Origin: an uncultured Acidimicrobiaceae bacterium
GTDB taxonomy: Bacteria; Actinomycetota; Acidimicrobiia; Acidimicrobiales; Ilumatobacteraceae
Direction: 5' to 3'
DNA length: 64,000 nucleotides
Assembly (NCBI GenBank): GCA_963722635.1
Contig: CAVRNX010000037.1
Span: forward strand, 1,698 to 65,697
A program made the position numbers and the translations under genes. Of this stretch, positions 21,970 to 33,257 are shown piece by piece. Under the pieces are notes generated by a model. The model was not told where the DNA came from. It was given only the letters and a program-made list of their open reading frames with translations, and made no database searches. Position 1 is the first letter of the stretch; each line of letters begins with the position of its first letter.

Positions 21970-22917
21970 ATGAGCGACAGCACCGCGAGCGTGACGCCGG
22001 CCGAGATCGAAGCTGCCGCTGCGGTGATCGGACCCCATGTGCGCCAGACGCCGGTGCTCGAAGTGCCGGGGAGCGAGATCGGGCTCGATGCGACGCTGAT
22101 CCTGAAACTCGAGTACCTGCAGCACAGCGGTTCGTTCAAGGCACGCGGTGCGACCCATTTCGTCGCCACCCAGCCGATCGCCGAAGACGGGATCGTGGCG
22201 GCGTCGGGCGGCAACCATGGTGCCGCCGTGGCCTGGGCGGCACATCGATTCGGGCACCCCGCACACATCTTCGTGCCGACCACCGCCAACCCCGCCAAGA
22301 TCGCCCGCTTGGTCGAATACGGGGCAGACGTGCGCCAGGTCGGCGACGTGTACGGCGAGGCGTTGGCGGCGAGCCGCGAGTACCTGGAGCTCAACCACGC
22401 CACGTCGATCCACGCCTACGACGACCCGGTCGTGATGGCCGGGGCGGGCACCTGCGCCCGCGAGCTCGACCTCGATGCACCTGGGCTCGACGCCGTGTTG
22501 CTGGCGTGCGGCGGCGGCGGGCTGTCGGGCAGCAGCGCCGCTTGGTTCGGCGACCGAACCGAAATCGTCGTGATCGAGACCCCGGGCACCGCCTCGTATG
22601 CATCGGCGGTCGAGCACGGCGAGCCGATCGACATCGAGGTGTCCGGGATCGCCGCCGACGCGCTCGGGGCGACACGGTTGGGTGACAACCCGTGGGCGCA
22701 GTTGGACAGGGTCGGAGCGACCAGCGTGCTCGTGTCCGACGCTGATGTTCTGGCGGCGCGTGAGCACCTGTGGAAATGGCTCCGGATCGTCGTCGAGCCC
22801 GCCGCCGCGGCGCCGCTCGCAGCCCTCACGACCGGGGCCTGGCGCCCATCAGCCGGCGCCGGCCGTGTCGGTGTCGTGCTGTGTGGCGCCAACACCAACC
22901 TCGATCTGACCCCCTGA
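21970..22917 (+). CDS. PLP-dependent threonine/serine dehydratase family protein
   Basis: KLEYLQHSGSFKARG, ASGGNHG, HAYDD, GGGGL, VEPAAA, LCGAN. Confidence 0.9.
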   Translation: MSDSTASVTPAEIEAAAAVIGPHVRQTPVLEVPGSEIGLDATLILKLEYLQHSGSFKARGATHFVATQPIAEDGIVAASGGNHGAAVAWAAHRFGHPAHIFVPTTANPAKIARLVEYGADVRQVGDVYGEALAASREYLELNHATSIHAYDDPVVMAGAGTCARELDLDAPGLDAVLLACGGGGLSGSSAAWFGDRTEIVVIETPGTASYASAVEHGEPIDIEVSGIAADALGATRLGDNPWAQLDRVGATSVLVSDADVLAAREHLWKWLRIVVEPAAAAPLAALTTGAWRPSAGAGRVGVVLCGANTNLDLTP

Positions 22918-22947
22918 ACGCTGATCGCCAGCCGGCCTCGTGACGAG

Positions 22948-22965
22948 CTGCACCAGATGGTGCAG
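22948..22965. promoter_or_regulatory. Palindromic operator candidate upstream of the oxidoreductase
   Basis: CTGCACCA-GA-TGGTGCAG perfect inverted repeat overlapping a CAGACT -10 that lies 6 nt before GTG 22975. Confidence 0.55.
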
Positions 22966-22974
22966 ACTGGCGCA

Positions 22975-25900
22975 GTGACCGACACCGCACGACCGACCGG
23001 CCGAACTGAGGCGACTGCGAGCGGGGGCGACTACCAGCTCGCCGATCGGTACCGGCGCGAAGACGGCCGCGTGTTCCTCTCGGGCTTGCAGGCGATCGCC
23101 CGCCTGCCCGGTGATCAGATCCGTATCGATCGACGTAACGGCCTCGACACCGCCGCCTTCATCAGCGGCTACCAGGGCTCCCCGGTCGGCACGTTCGGCG
23201 AGGAGGTCGAGCGTGCGCTGCGCACCGTCCCCGACCTGCCGATCGTCAACCGGCCAGGTGTCAACGAAGAACTCGCTGCGACCTCTGTGATGGGGAGCCA
23301 GCTGGCTGTCACGCTCGACGACTGTCAGTACGACGGCATCCTCGGCGTCTGGTACGGCAAGGGCCCCGGCATCGACCGAGCCGGCGATGCGATCCGCCAC
23401 GCTGTGTTCGCCAGCACCGCCCCCGACGGTGGCGTCGTGGCGGTGGTCGGCGACGACCCCAGCGCCAAGTCGTCGACGGTGCCGTCATCGAGTGATGCCA
23501 CGATGGTCGACCTCCACATGCCGCTCTTGTTCCCCGGCGACCCGCAAGAGGCGCTCGACATCGCCCGCCACACGGTCGCTCTCTCACGGGCATGTGGGAT
23601 CTGGTCCGGTCTCAAGCTCGTCACACCGGTCGCCGATGGCACCGGTACCGTCGATGTCCATCCGGATCGAGTACTGCCGATCATCCCGACCATCGAGATC
23701 GACGGCACGGTGTTTCGGCCGCAACCGAACGGCCGCCTGATCACCCCGCACACGCTCGAGATGGAGCGCGAGTTCTTCGAGGTCCGCACCGAGCTGGCAC
23801 GCCAGTACGGCTCGATCAACCAGCTCAACCGGGTCACGGTGCGCACCGACCAGGATTGGATCGGCATCGCCGCTTGTGGACACACCTACCAGGAGGTGCG
23901 CGAAGCACTCCACGTCCTGGGATTCACCGACGACCAGGCGCTTCGCGATGCCGGCATCCGGCTGTTCAAGCTGCTGATGCCAATTCCGCTCGAACGACAA
24001 GATGTTCGCCAGTTCGCGGCCGGCCTCACCGACGTTCTGGTGATCGAGGAGAAGAATCCGACACTCGAACTGCTGATGCGCGACGCACTGTACGACGTCG
24101 CAGAGCGCCCTCGCGTCTGGGGCAAGCGCGACGAACACGGCAACGTGCTGGTGCCCTACGACTCGATGCTCGACGCCGAGCGACTGATGCCGGCGCTGCG
24201 CCACCACCTCGGGGCACGGCTCGCCGATCGGCTGGTTCCCGAGCGACCGCAGCCCGAACGACAGCTGATCCCACTCTCCGTCAACCGGGCCCCGTACTTC
24301 TGCTCTGGCTGCCCACACAACACGAGTACACGGGTCGAACCGGGCACGCTGGTGGGGGGCGGCATCGGATGCCACGCGATGGTGGCGTTCATGGAACCCG
24401 AGCGGACGGGCGACCTGGTGGGGCTGACGTGCATGGGTTCCGAAGGCGCTCAGTGGATCGGAATGTCGCCGTTCGTGGAGCGCAAGCACCTCGTGCAGAA
24501 TCTCGGCGACGGCACCTTCTTCCACTCCGGCTCGCTGGCGATTCGGGCCTCGATCGCGGCCGGGATCGACATCACGTACAAACTGCTCCACAACGGCACC
24601 GTCGCAATGACCGGCGGCCAGGACGCGCAAGGTGCCGTCGACGTCCCCCGTATCGCCACGATGCTGATGGCAGAGGGCGTCGAGCGAATCATCATCACCA
24701 CAGACGATCCCGACCGGTTGTCACGGAGCGCGCTGCCGGCACGGACCGAAGTTTGGGACCGCAGTCGAATCGGCGAGGCCCAACGTGTACTCGCCGAGGT
24801 GAAGGGCACCACGGTCCTGATCCACGATCAGGCCTGCGCAGCGGAGAACCGGCGGGGGCGCAGCCGCGGCACGATCGAAACACCCGGATTTCGTGTGGTC
24901 ATCAACCAGCGCATCTGCGAAGGGTGCGGTGACTGCGGTGACCAGTCGAACTGTCTGTCCGTCCAGCCGATCGACACCCCATACGGCCGCAAGACGGCCA
25001 TCCACCAGACCAGCTGCAACTTCGATTTCTCGTGCATGAAGGGCGACTGCCCTGCGTTCGCCACCGTCACGGTCGACGAGGCAGCCAAGCAGCAGCGCAG
25101 CGACAGGCCGAGCGCCGCCGAGCCGTCGACGTTGGCCACCCCGCAGCCGGTCGTCGACACCGACCACTTCACCGTCCGTCTGTCCGGAATCGGCGGAACC
25201 GGTGTGATCACGGTCAGCCAGCTGATCGGAACCGCGGCGCTGTTCGACGGCTTGCACGTGCGGGGGCTCGATCAGACCGGGCTCTCGCAGAAGGCTGGGC
25301 CGGTCACGAGCGATGTGCGCATCTCGCGCCACGAGCCGACCGCCTCGAATTACGCCAACGCCGCCGGCGTCGACTGCTTCCTGGCCTTCGACCTGCTCGC
25401 CGCCGCCAGCGACTCACATCGCCAGGGCGCCGTGCCCGGTCGCACCGTCGTCGTCGGCTCGGTCGATGTGGTGCCGACCGGCGACATGATCGTGCATCCC
25501 GACAGCAAGCGCTACCCGGAACAGATGGCCCTGCGGGGTCGCCTCGACCAGGTCTCGCGACCCGACGCCAACCGCTACCTCGACGCCGGAGCGATCACGC
25601 GTGGCCTGTTCGGCGGCACGGCGACGGCGAACGTGTTGACGCTCGGGGCAGCGGTCCAGATCGGGGCGCTGCCGATCGACCCCGCCAGCCTGGAACGAGC
25701 AATCGAACTGAACGGTGTCGCCGTCGAGCAGAACATCGCCGCCTTCCGATTCGGTCGGCAGTGGGCGATCGAACCCGATGTGGTCGAGGCCAGTGCGGGT
25801 ATCCAGGCGGCACGCATCGAATCGCTCGACCAAACGATCGAACGCCTGGCCGTCGACCTCGCCGATTACCAGGACGCGGCGTACGCCAATCGGTTCCGCA

Positions 25901-26445
25901 CCCTGGTCGACACCGTCCGTTCGGCAGAGCGCCAGATCGACCCGGATTCCTCTTGCCTGACCGATGCCGTGGCCCGCCACTTGCACAAGCTGATGGCGTA
26001 CAAGGACGAGTACGAGGTCGCTCGACTCGCCCTACTCGACGAGTCGCAGCAGCGCTACCAGGTGGTCGGTGGCCCCGGCACCAAGGTCACGTATCACCTC
26101 CACCCGCCGATGCTGCGGGCGATCGGGATGGATCGCAAGATCCAGTTCCGCCGCACCGGCACGCCGTCATTCACGACGCTGCGTGCGCTGAAGCGGTTGC
26201 GCGGCACGATCGCCGACCCGTTCCGCTGGGCCGAGGTGCGCAAGCTCGAGCGGGCGATGGTGCCCGAGTACGAACGGGCGATCGGTACGGTGATCGCCCA
26301 CCTGACCGCCGCCAACCTCGATGAGGCCGCAGCGATCGCAGCACTGCCCGACGGGGTCCGCGGTTACGAAAACATCAAACTCGCCCGGGCCAAGGCGTAT
26401 CGAGCCGAGTTGTCCGAACGCCTGACGCGCTTCACACGCACGTGA
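22975..26445 (+). CDS. Indolepyruvate ferredoxin oxidoreductase family protein, fused alpha+beta (alternative start ATG 22957)
   Basis: ISGYQGSP, NEELAAT, WYGKGPG, YFCSGCPHN, GIGCH, TPP motif GDGTFFHSG, CEGCGDC..SNC, GIGGTGV, MAYKDEYEVARL. Confidence 0.95.
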   Translation: MTDTARPTGRTEATASGGDYQLADRYRREDGRVFLSGLQAIARLPGDQIRIDRRNGLDTAAFISGYQGSPVGTFGEEVERALRTVPDLPIVNRPGVNEELAATSVMGSQLAVTLDDCQYDGILGVWYGKGPGIDRAGDAIRHAVFASTAPDGGVVAVVGDDPSAKSSTVPSSSDATMVDLHMPLLFPGDPQEALDIARHTVALSRACGIWSGLKLVTPVADGTGTVDVHPDRVLPIIPTIEIDGTVFRPQPNGRLITPHTLEMEREFFEVRTELARQYGSINQLNRVTVRTDQDWIGIAACGHTYQEVREALHVLGFTDDQALRDAGIRLFKLLMPIPLERQDVRQFAAGLTDVLVIEEKNPTLELLMRDALYDVAERPRVWGKRDEHGNVLVPYDSMLDAERLMPALRHHLGARLADRLVPERPQPERQLIPLSVNRAPYFCSGCPHNTSTRVEPGTLVGGGIGCHAMVAFMEPERTGDLVGLTCMGSEGAQWIGMSPFVERKHLVQNLGDGTFFHSGSLAIRASIAAGIDITYKLLHNGTVAMTGGQDAQGAVDVPRIATMLMAEGVERIIITTDDPDRLSRSALPARTEVWDRSRIGEAQRVLAEVKGTTVLIHDQACAAENRRGRSRGTIETPGFRVVINQRICEGCGDCGDQSNCLSVQPIDTPYGRKTAIHQTSCNFDFSCMKGDCPAFATVTVDEAAKQQRSDRPSAAEPSTLATPQPVVDTDHFTVRLSGIGGTGVITVSQLIGTAALFDGLHVRGLDQTGLSQKAGPVTSDVRISRHEPTASNYANAAGVDCFLAFDLLAAASDSHRQGAVPGRTVVVGSVDVVPTGDMIVHPDSKRYPEQMALRGRLDQVSRPDANRYLDAGAITRGLFGGTATANVLTLGAAVQIGALPIDPASLERAIELNGVAVEQNIAAFRFGRQWAIEPDVVEASAGIQAARIESLDQTIERLAVDLADYQDAAYANRFRTLVDTVRSAERQIDPDSSCLTDAVARHLHKLMAYKDEYEVARLALLDESQQRYQVVGGPGTKVTYHLHPPMLRAIGMDRKIQFRRTGTPSFTTLRALKRLRGTIADPFRWAEVRKLERAMVPEYERAIGTVIAHLTAANLDEAAAIAALPDGVRGYENIKLARAKAYRAELSERLTRFTRT

Positions 26446-26528
26446 TCCACACGGACGTGATCGGCGCCGCAATCGAAGAACCCGATCATCGGATGATCAC
26501 CTGTCGCAGATGCCCGTAGAGTGGGCAC

Positions 26529-27188
26529 ATGCCAGCCGCCGGTGAGCATCATCCTGCGTTCGAGGAGTATTGCGAATGCATCTTCGAGTTGGACGAGGAT
26601 GACGTCGACGTCATCCAGGCACGGATCGCCGAGCGGCTGCAGGTCAGCAGACCCGCCGTCAGCGAGATGATCCGCCGGCTCGAAACAGAGGGGTTGGTCA
26701 CCACCGACGGTGTGATCACGCTGACGGCGACCGGATCGACCCTGGCCCAACAGGTCGTACGACGCCACCGCCTGGCCGAACGGTTCCTGACCGACATCCT
26801 CAAGCTGTCGTGGGCCGAGGCGCACCACGAGGCCGGAAAATGGGAACACGTCATCAGCGAGAACGTCGAAGTGGCGATGAACCGCCTGCTCGGCGAGCCC
26901 ACGACATGTCCGCATGGCAATCCGATCCCAGGGTCCGAGTATGTCGAACCCGATTCGGCGCCGTTGTCGCAACACCCACTCGGGCAGTCGTTCACGGTTC
27001 GCCGCATCCCCGAGGAACTCGAGTTCACGCCCGGACTGCTCGAATTCCTCGAGAAGTCATCGCTGCGACCCGGCTGCAGCGGAGTCGTCACCGGATCGTC
27101 GCCGGACGGCACGTTGACGATCGAGATCGATGGGCGCCACGTGGGGGTCGGCGCCTTTGCGAGCGAGCGGATCATGGTCACCTCGTGA
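26529..27188 (+). CDS. DtxR/MntR/IdeR family metal-dependent regulator
   Basis: EEYCECIFEL, ARIAERLQVSRPAVSEMIRRL, RRHRLAERFL, EAGKWEHVIS, CPHGNPIPG, FeoA-like tail. Confidence 0.93.
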   Translation: MPAAGEHHPAFEEYCECIFELDEDDVDVIQARIAERLQVSRPAVSEMIRRLETEGLVTTDGVITLTATGSTLAQQVVRRHRLAERFLTDILKLSWAEAHHEAGKWEHVISENVEVAMNRLLGEPTTCPHGNPIPGSEYVEPDSAPLSQHPLGQSFTVRRIPEELEFTPGLLEFLEKSSLRPGCSGVVTGSSPDGTLTIEIDGRHVGVGAFASERIMVTS

Positions 27189-27613
27189 CCCGGGCCGTTG
27201 CCGGGGTACTCGCCCTGGCAGCAGTGCTCACGCTGGGGGCGTGCGGCACCACCTACGTCGACTCCGAGGTCACGGTGCCCGACACCGCATCCGACGCCAC
27301 CACCACCACGTTGCCGCCGGTCGACCCCGATGCGCCGCTGGCCGAGCTGCTGACCGAGATCGAAATCCTGATGGTCGATCTCGACGAACGGATCATCGAT
27401 CAACGCGGTCAGGCTGCCGTTCTCTTGCGGCTCGAGGATGTCTGGCGGGCGGCCGAACGCCAGATCAGGGCCAACGATCCCGACGATGTCTTCAACTTCG
27501 AGCAAGCGATCGAACTCGCCCGCACCGGTGTCGAACGTCGCCGCCCCGCCGACGCCAGCAAGGGCTACAAGATCATGACCGACGTGATCGACGCCTACCT
27601 CGGTCGCGTCTGA
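27185..27613 (+). CDS. Hypothetical lipoprotein
   Basis: GTGA overlap with the regulator stop; signal peptide with lipobox LGAC; helical C-terminal part. Confidence 0.75.
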   Translation: MTRAVAGVLALAAVLTLGACGTTYVDSEVTVPDTASDATTTTLPPVDPDAPLAELLTEIEILMVDLDERIIDQRGQAAVLLRLEDVWRAAERQIRANDPDDVFNFEQAIELARTGVERRRPADASKGYKIMTDVIDAYLGRV

Positions 27614-27645
27614 GCCTCGACTCGGGGTGCGGTAGCGTCGCCCGC

Positions 27646-28291
27646 ATGGGGCGCCGGAGTACGTCTGATCTGGAGAACTCGACGTCGACCGAACTCGAGG
27701 TGTTCGCGACCGGATCGACGGTCGCCGTCGCGCCAGACGCGGCGGCCGGCCAATTCGACCCTGGCCCTCTCCGACCCGAGCTCCGCAACGGGGATGCTGC
27801 GACCTTGACCGACCGACTGCGGCACGGCGGTGAGCTGGTGCGGGACGGCGTCGAGCAAGCGCGGCGAATTCCGGGCCCGTCCGGGTCATCGACCCGGCGC
27901 CGCGCCCGTCCTGGCGAGCACCGCCGGCAGCCGAACCGGAGGCGACACCGACATCGTGCGACCCGTCCTGGTATCACCGCGATTCGCCGGTGAGTTCGCC
28001 GTCAGCGGTGGGCTGTTCGACGAACCGATCCCGCACCTGTCGATCTCGCACCGTCGCGACGCGACCGGGCAACGGTTCCTGATGTGGGACGGCGAACTCG
28101 ACACGGGCGGGGACTCACGTCGGGTGACATTCCATCTGCTCGCCTCCCCGTCGATGTTGGTCACCGTGCTCGAACTGGTGCCGCGACGACGCCTGCGAGT
28201 CCAACGCCGGCAGTTCGTGTCTGCAGGTATCGCTGCGGTCGAGGTGATCGCCCGCCGGCTCGAGCGCGCTGCTCGGCCGCTGTGCGTATGA
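27646..28291 (+). CDS. Hypothetical protein, probably frameshifted near 27830
   Basis: TAGCGT -10 is 7 nt before ATG 27646; plausible C-terminal frame ..LLASPSMLVTVLELVP..VEVIARRLE. Confidence 0.5.
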
Positions 28292-28324
28292 GTTCCGGGC
28301 CCGGCAGCGATACCGTCCGAGGCC

Positions 28325-28939
28325 ATGTCGACCCGCCGCACCACACTGCTGCTGCTCGGGCTGATGCTGTACGGGTTGAGTCTGACGCTGCTGGTCCGTG
28401 CCGAGCTCGGGCTCGCCCCGTGGGACGTCTTCCACCAAGGCGTCGCCGAGGTGTCCGGCCTCTCGCTCGGAACCGTCATCGTCGCCACCAGCTTCGTCGT
28501 GCTGGTGTTCTGGCTCCCTCTCCGCGAGCGCCTGGGCATCGGAACGATCGCCAACGCGATCCTGGTCGGCGTCGGCGTCGACGTCTTCTCGGCGCTGCTG
28601 CCCGAGATCGACGGCACCCTCGCACGCTGGATCCTGCTGCCGGTCGGCGTGGTGCTCAACGGTGTCGCGACCGGGCTCTACATCGGAGCCGGAATGGGCG
28701 CCGGGCCACGCGACGGCCTGATGACCGGCATCGCCCGTCGTGGCCATCCGATCCGGGTCGTACGCACCGCGCTCGAAGTGGCTGTGCTCGTGGCCGGCAT
28801 CATGCTCGGAGGCTCGTTCGGCATCGGCACGATCGCCTACGCGCTCGGGATCGGCCCGCTGGTGCACATCTTCCTGCCGTGGTTCACCCGCTTCGCCGAC
28901 GCAGGGCGCTCGCCGGCGATCGCTGCGACACCCGCTTGA
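28325..28939 (+). CDS. YczE/YyaS (YitT-like) membrane protein
   Basis: LGLAPWDVFHQG, GIGTIANA, GLYIGAGMGAGPRDGLMTG, GIGTIAYALGIGP. Confidence 0.88.
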   Translation: MSTRRTTLLLLGLMLYGLSLTLLVRAELGLAPWDVFHQGVAEVSGLSLGTVIVATSFVVLVFWLPLRERLGIGTIANAILVGVGVDVFSALLPEIDGTLARWILLPVGVVLNGVATGLYIGAGMGAGPRDGLMTGIARRGHPIRVVRTALEVAVLVAGIMLGGSFGIGTIAYALGIGPLVHIFLPWFTRFADAGRSPAIAATPA

Positions 28940-28991
28940 CGGTCAGCTCCCGGTCCCGATACGGGCCACTCCGGTTGCGGCCGAGCGCGAA

Positions 28992-31150
28992 CTATCTCAA
29001 CGGCTCGGGCAGCTCGTCGGAGTGCACGATCGACAGGCGCTGCGTGCTGCGGGTGAGCGCTACGTACAGGGCACGCATGCCGTGTTCCTGGTCGCTGACG
29101 ATGCGGCCCGGTTCGACGACGACGACGGCGTCGAGCTCGAGCCCCTTGATCACGCTGACCGGCACCACTGTCAGCGACTGATCGAGACCGGCACTTCCCG
29201 CCCGACCGTGCTCGAGACCGGCGGCGGTCATGGCATCGGACACGTCATCGCACAGATCGTCGGGCGCCACGACGGCGACACTGCCGGCCGTCAGGTCGGC
29301 CAACAGCAGGCGAATCTCGTCGAGCACGCCGGTCAACAGCGACTCGGCCCGGACGATCCGCGGCCCGACCTCGCCGACACGGACCGAATCGGGAATTCGC
29401 AGGCCCGGGGTGGCGACGGCCATGACCTTGTTGGCAAGCTCCATGATCTGGGCCGGGATTCGATAGCCGACCGACAGTCCGATCACCCGCGGAGGTTTGC
29501 GGTCGGGCAGGAACTCGAGCACCTGTTTCCAGTCGTCGGGGGCCAACGGTCCGGTCGCCTGGGCGATGTCGCCGACGACGGTCATCGACCCGCTCAACGA
29601 GCGCCGCGTGGCCATCTTGAGCTGCATCGGCGTGAGGTCCTGGACCTCGTCGATCACGATGTGCCCATACGTGCGGATCTCATCGAATTCGTCGATCTTG
29701 CCGCTCTTGCCCGGCTTCGGCCCGAGCACCTCACGGGCGTCGTCGAGCAGTGCCACGTCAGCCGCCGTCCAGCGCACATCGTGGACCGAAGTGCTGCGCG
29801 GCCGATACAACGCCTTGTACTCGCGTTCCTCCAGGAATCGCTCGCCGGCCAAGCGCAACAGGGCGGTCGAACCGAACAGATCGTGCAGCAACTCGGCCGG
29901 CGTGAGCACCGGCCAGATCCGTTCGAGCGCCTCGCGGACCTCCGGCAACGATCGCACCACTGCGCGAACCTCTCGCGGGGTTGCGTCGCCGTAGCCCCAG
30001 GTGGCGGCCATCGACGCCCAGATCTCGCCCTCGACCCACTTGCGGGCGCTGTTGTGGCGCCGGAACCGGCGCCGACCCTGACGCACGATGCGCGTCGTCT
30101 CTTCGGCCCGCAGACGCACGTAACCGGAGCGGAACGGAACCACGAGATCATCTCGCAGGGGCCGTTCGCGGTCGGTGATCGCCCGGTCGATCACATCGCT
30201 CATGCGGGCATCGCCCTTGACGCGAGCGGCCAGCGACGAGTCGCTGTTCGACCACGTGTCGCGAACTGCACATCGGGCACCAGGTCGGACAGCACCACCT
30301 GCTCGACGCCGGCCTCTCCCAGCGACGGCAACACCTGCTCGATGTATTTCAGAAACACCCGGTTGGGCCCGATCACGAGCACACCCTGATCCTCGAGCGG
30401 GAAACGGTGGGTGTACAGCAGGTACGCCGCACGGTGCAAGGCGACGACGGTCTTGCCGGTGCCGGGCCCACCCTGCACCACGAGCACACCGGCCTGCGGG
30501 GACCGGATGATCTCGTCCTGCTCACCCTGGATCGTGGCGACGATGTCGCCGAGCGTTCCGGTGCGGCCGCGTTCGAGCGACGCGATCAGCGTGCTGTACC
30601 CGCGCAGACCCGAGCTCGCGCCGGCCAAGCCGGCCGTCGGATCGACGAGACCCTCGTCGTGGCCGAGGCCGAGGTGGCCCTCGCCGAACAGCTCGTCTTC
30701 GATGCCGAGCAGTTTGCGGCCCTCGACGGCGAAGTGGCGACGGCGGGCGAGCCCCATCGGGTCGCGCCCGGTCGCCCGATAGAACGGCTCGGCGACCGGT
30801 GCCCGCCAGTCGATCACGATCGGCTCGGCATCGCCGTCGGCGACCGCCAATCGGCCGATGTGGAAGCCCTCGAGTTCGCCACCCTGGACCGCCGCACCGT
30901 CGTCGTCGACGGCGTGTCGATCGATGCGACCGAACACCAGCGCAGCGTTGCCGAGGTCGAGGTCGGTGAGGCGCTTGACCAGCGCCTCGTCGAACGCATT
31001 GCGCTCGAATCGGGCCTGAAACGTGCCACCCAGATCGGGCTCGGTGAGGTCACGCAGCCGCCACGCCGACGTACGGCTCTGTTCGAGACAGTCGTATGCG
31101 TGGTCGATGTATGCCTGTTCGGCGGCGAGTTCCGGGTGGTGTTGCGTCAT
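28992..31150 (-). CDS. helD: HelD-family RNA polymerase-recycling ATPase, split by frameshift near 30255
   Basis: LVFGRID, IGRL, IDWRAPVAEPFY, DIVATIQ.EQD.IIR, QGGPGTGKT.VALHRAAYLLY, IDEVQD, VGDIAQ, KGLE.D, LYVALTR. Confidence 0.9.
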
Positions 31151-31254
31151 CGGTTCCGAAGAAGAACGAGAAAACTGGAGGTTCGGTGCTCACACAGGAC
31201 CACCGAATCAGGGGACGAGACAGTCTATCGGCGCCGCTAGCCTCCTCCCCCAGC

Positions 31255-32309
31255 ATGAAATCCAACCCCTCGACTGCTCCTGATGTCCCGTTTCTCGAGG
31301 CCGCCGCCGGCCGTCCGACACGACGCACCCCGGTCTGGTTCATGCGCCAAGCCGGGCGCAGCCTCCCGGAATACCGGGCGATCCGCGGCGATGGCTCGAT
31401 CCTCGACGCCATCAAACAACCCCAGCTCTCGGCCGAGATCACGCTGCAACCGGTGCAGCGCTACGGCGTCGACGCGGCCGTGCTGTACAGCGACATCGTC
31501 GTACCGCCTCACGCCGTCGGGTTCGGGATCGACGTCAAGCCGGGCACCGGCCCCGTCGCCGACGCTCCCCTGCGCTGCGCCGCCGACCTCGAGCGATTGC
31601 GTCCGCTCGATCCCGACGACGTCTCGTACGTGGCGGAGACCGTCGATCTGCTCGTCCGGGAGCTTCCCGACGACGTGCCGCTGCTGGCCTTCGCCGGGGC
31701 GCCGTTCACCGTGGGGAGCTACCTGATCGAGGGTGCGCCGAGCCGCACCTACCAGCACACCAAGGCCTTGATGCACACCGACGAGGCGCTGTGGCACCGG
31801 GTGATGGAGCGGCTGGCCGACCATGCGATCACGTTCATCGACGTGCAGTTGCAGCACGGGGCGGCCGCCTTCCAGCTGTTCGACTCATGGGCGGGTTCGC
31901 TCTCCGTGGTCGACTACGACCGGTTCGTGCTGCCGCACTCGCAGCGCGTCTTCGCCGAGCTCGGCGACCGTCATCCCGGAGTCGTGGGCATCCACTTCGG
32001 CATCGGATGCGACCATCTGCTCGAGCGCATGCACGCCGCCGGCCCGCAGGTGATCGGACTCGACTGGCGCACGCCGATCCAAGCGGCCCGCCGCCGGCTC
32101 GGAGCCGACACCGTCGTACAGGGCAACCTCGACCCGGCGCTCGTGTTGGCGGGCACCGAAACAGCGCTGACCGGGCACGCGCCGTACTCGCCGACAACGG
32201 CGGACACCCCGGCCACATCTTCAACCTCGGCCACGGCGTGCAACCCGACACCGATCCAGGCGTGCTGGGCGCCGTCGTCGATCTGGTCCACGAGCTGACG
32301 CGACGATGA
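31255..32309 (+). CDS. hemE: Uroporphyrinogen decarboxylase, frameshift near 32172
   Basis: [39 protein letters not shown]; HIFNLGHGV in the next frame. Confidence 0.96.
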
Positions 32310-33257
32310 CCAGCTCACCGGCCCCGACCGATCAAGGCGCCGACCGCGTCGCCGTCATCTTGATGGCATACGGCACACCACGATCGGCGGCCGAGATCCT
32401 GCCGTACTACACCGACATCCGGCGCGGGCGGGCGCCCACCGACGAACAACTCGCCGATCTCACCCGCCGCTACGAGGCGATCGGAGGGGTCTCGCCGTTG
32501 GCGCAGCTGACGGAGGCCCAGCGTGACGCCCTCCAGCTGGCGCTCGACCATCTGGCGCCGGGCGTCTACCAGGTCGTGCTGGGGCTCAAGCACGCCGACC
32601 CGAAGATCGAGGCCACCGTCGACGAGGTGGCGGCGAGCGGGTTCCAGCGGGTCGTCGGCGCCGTGCTGGCACCCCACTACTCGGAGTACTCGGTCGGCCA
32701 GTACCTCGGCCGGGTCGGCGAGGCCGCCGCTCCCTACGGACTGAGTGTCGCCGGCGTCGAGTCGTGGGCGATCGAGCCGGCCTTCATCGATTTCTTGGCC
32801 GACGACCTCGCCGAGCCGCCTGGCCAAGATGCCCGAACGGACCCGAGTGCTGTTCACCGCCCACTCGCTGCCCGAACGGATCCTCACGACGGGTGATCCG
32901 TACCCCGACGAACTTCGCTCGACCGCTGAGGCTGTCGCCGCTCGACTCGGCCTCGTGGAGGGCAACGACTGGCAGCTTGCCTGGCAGAGCGCCGGCCGCA
33001 CGCCAGAGCCATGGCTGGGCCCCGACATCCTCGAGGTCATCGACGAGTTCGGCGGTGACCCGCACATCGACGGTGTGATCGCCTCGGCGGTGGGCTTCGT
33101 GGCCGACCATCTCGAGGTGCTGTTCGACCTCGACATCGAGGCCCGGCAACGTGCCGAGCAGCACGGGTTGGCGTTCGATCGCACCGCCTGCGTCAACGAT
33201 CATCCAGTCGTGATGGCGGCGCTCGCCGCCCGGGTCCACGCCGCGGCCACACGGTGA
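32306..33257 (+). CDS. hemH: Ferrochelatase (coproporphyrin ferrochelatase CpfC type), frameshift near 32815
   Basis: [34 protein letters not shown]; [31 protein letters not shown]. Confidence 0.95.

Noticed and set aside
31151-31254. Rifamycin-associated element upstream of helD (HelR call)
   Set aside because: No GCAAG..CTTGC-type inverted repeat is visible, so it is kept as generic HelD.
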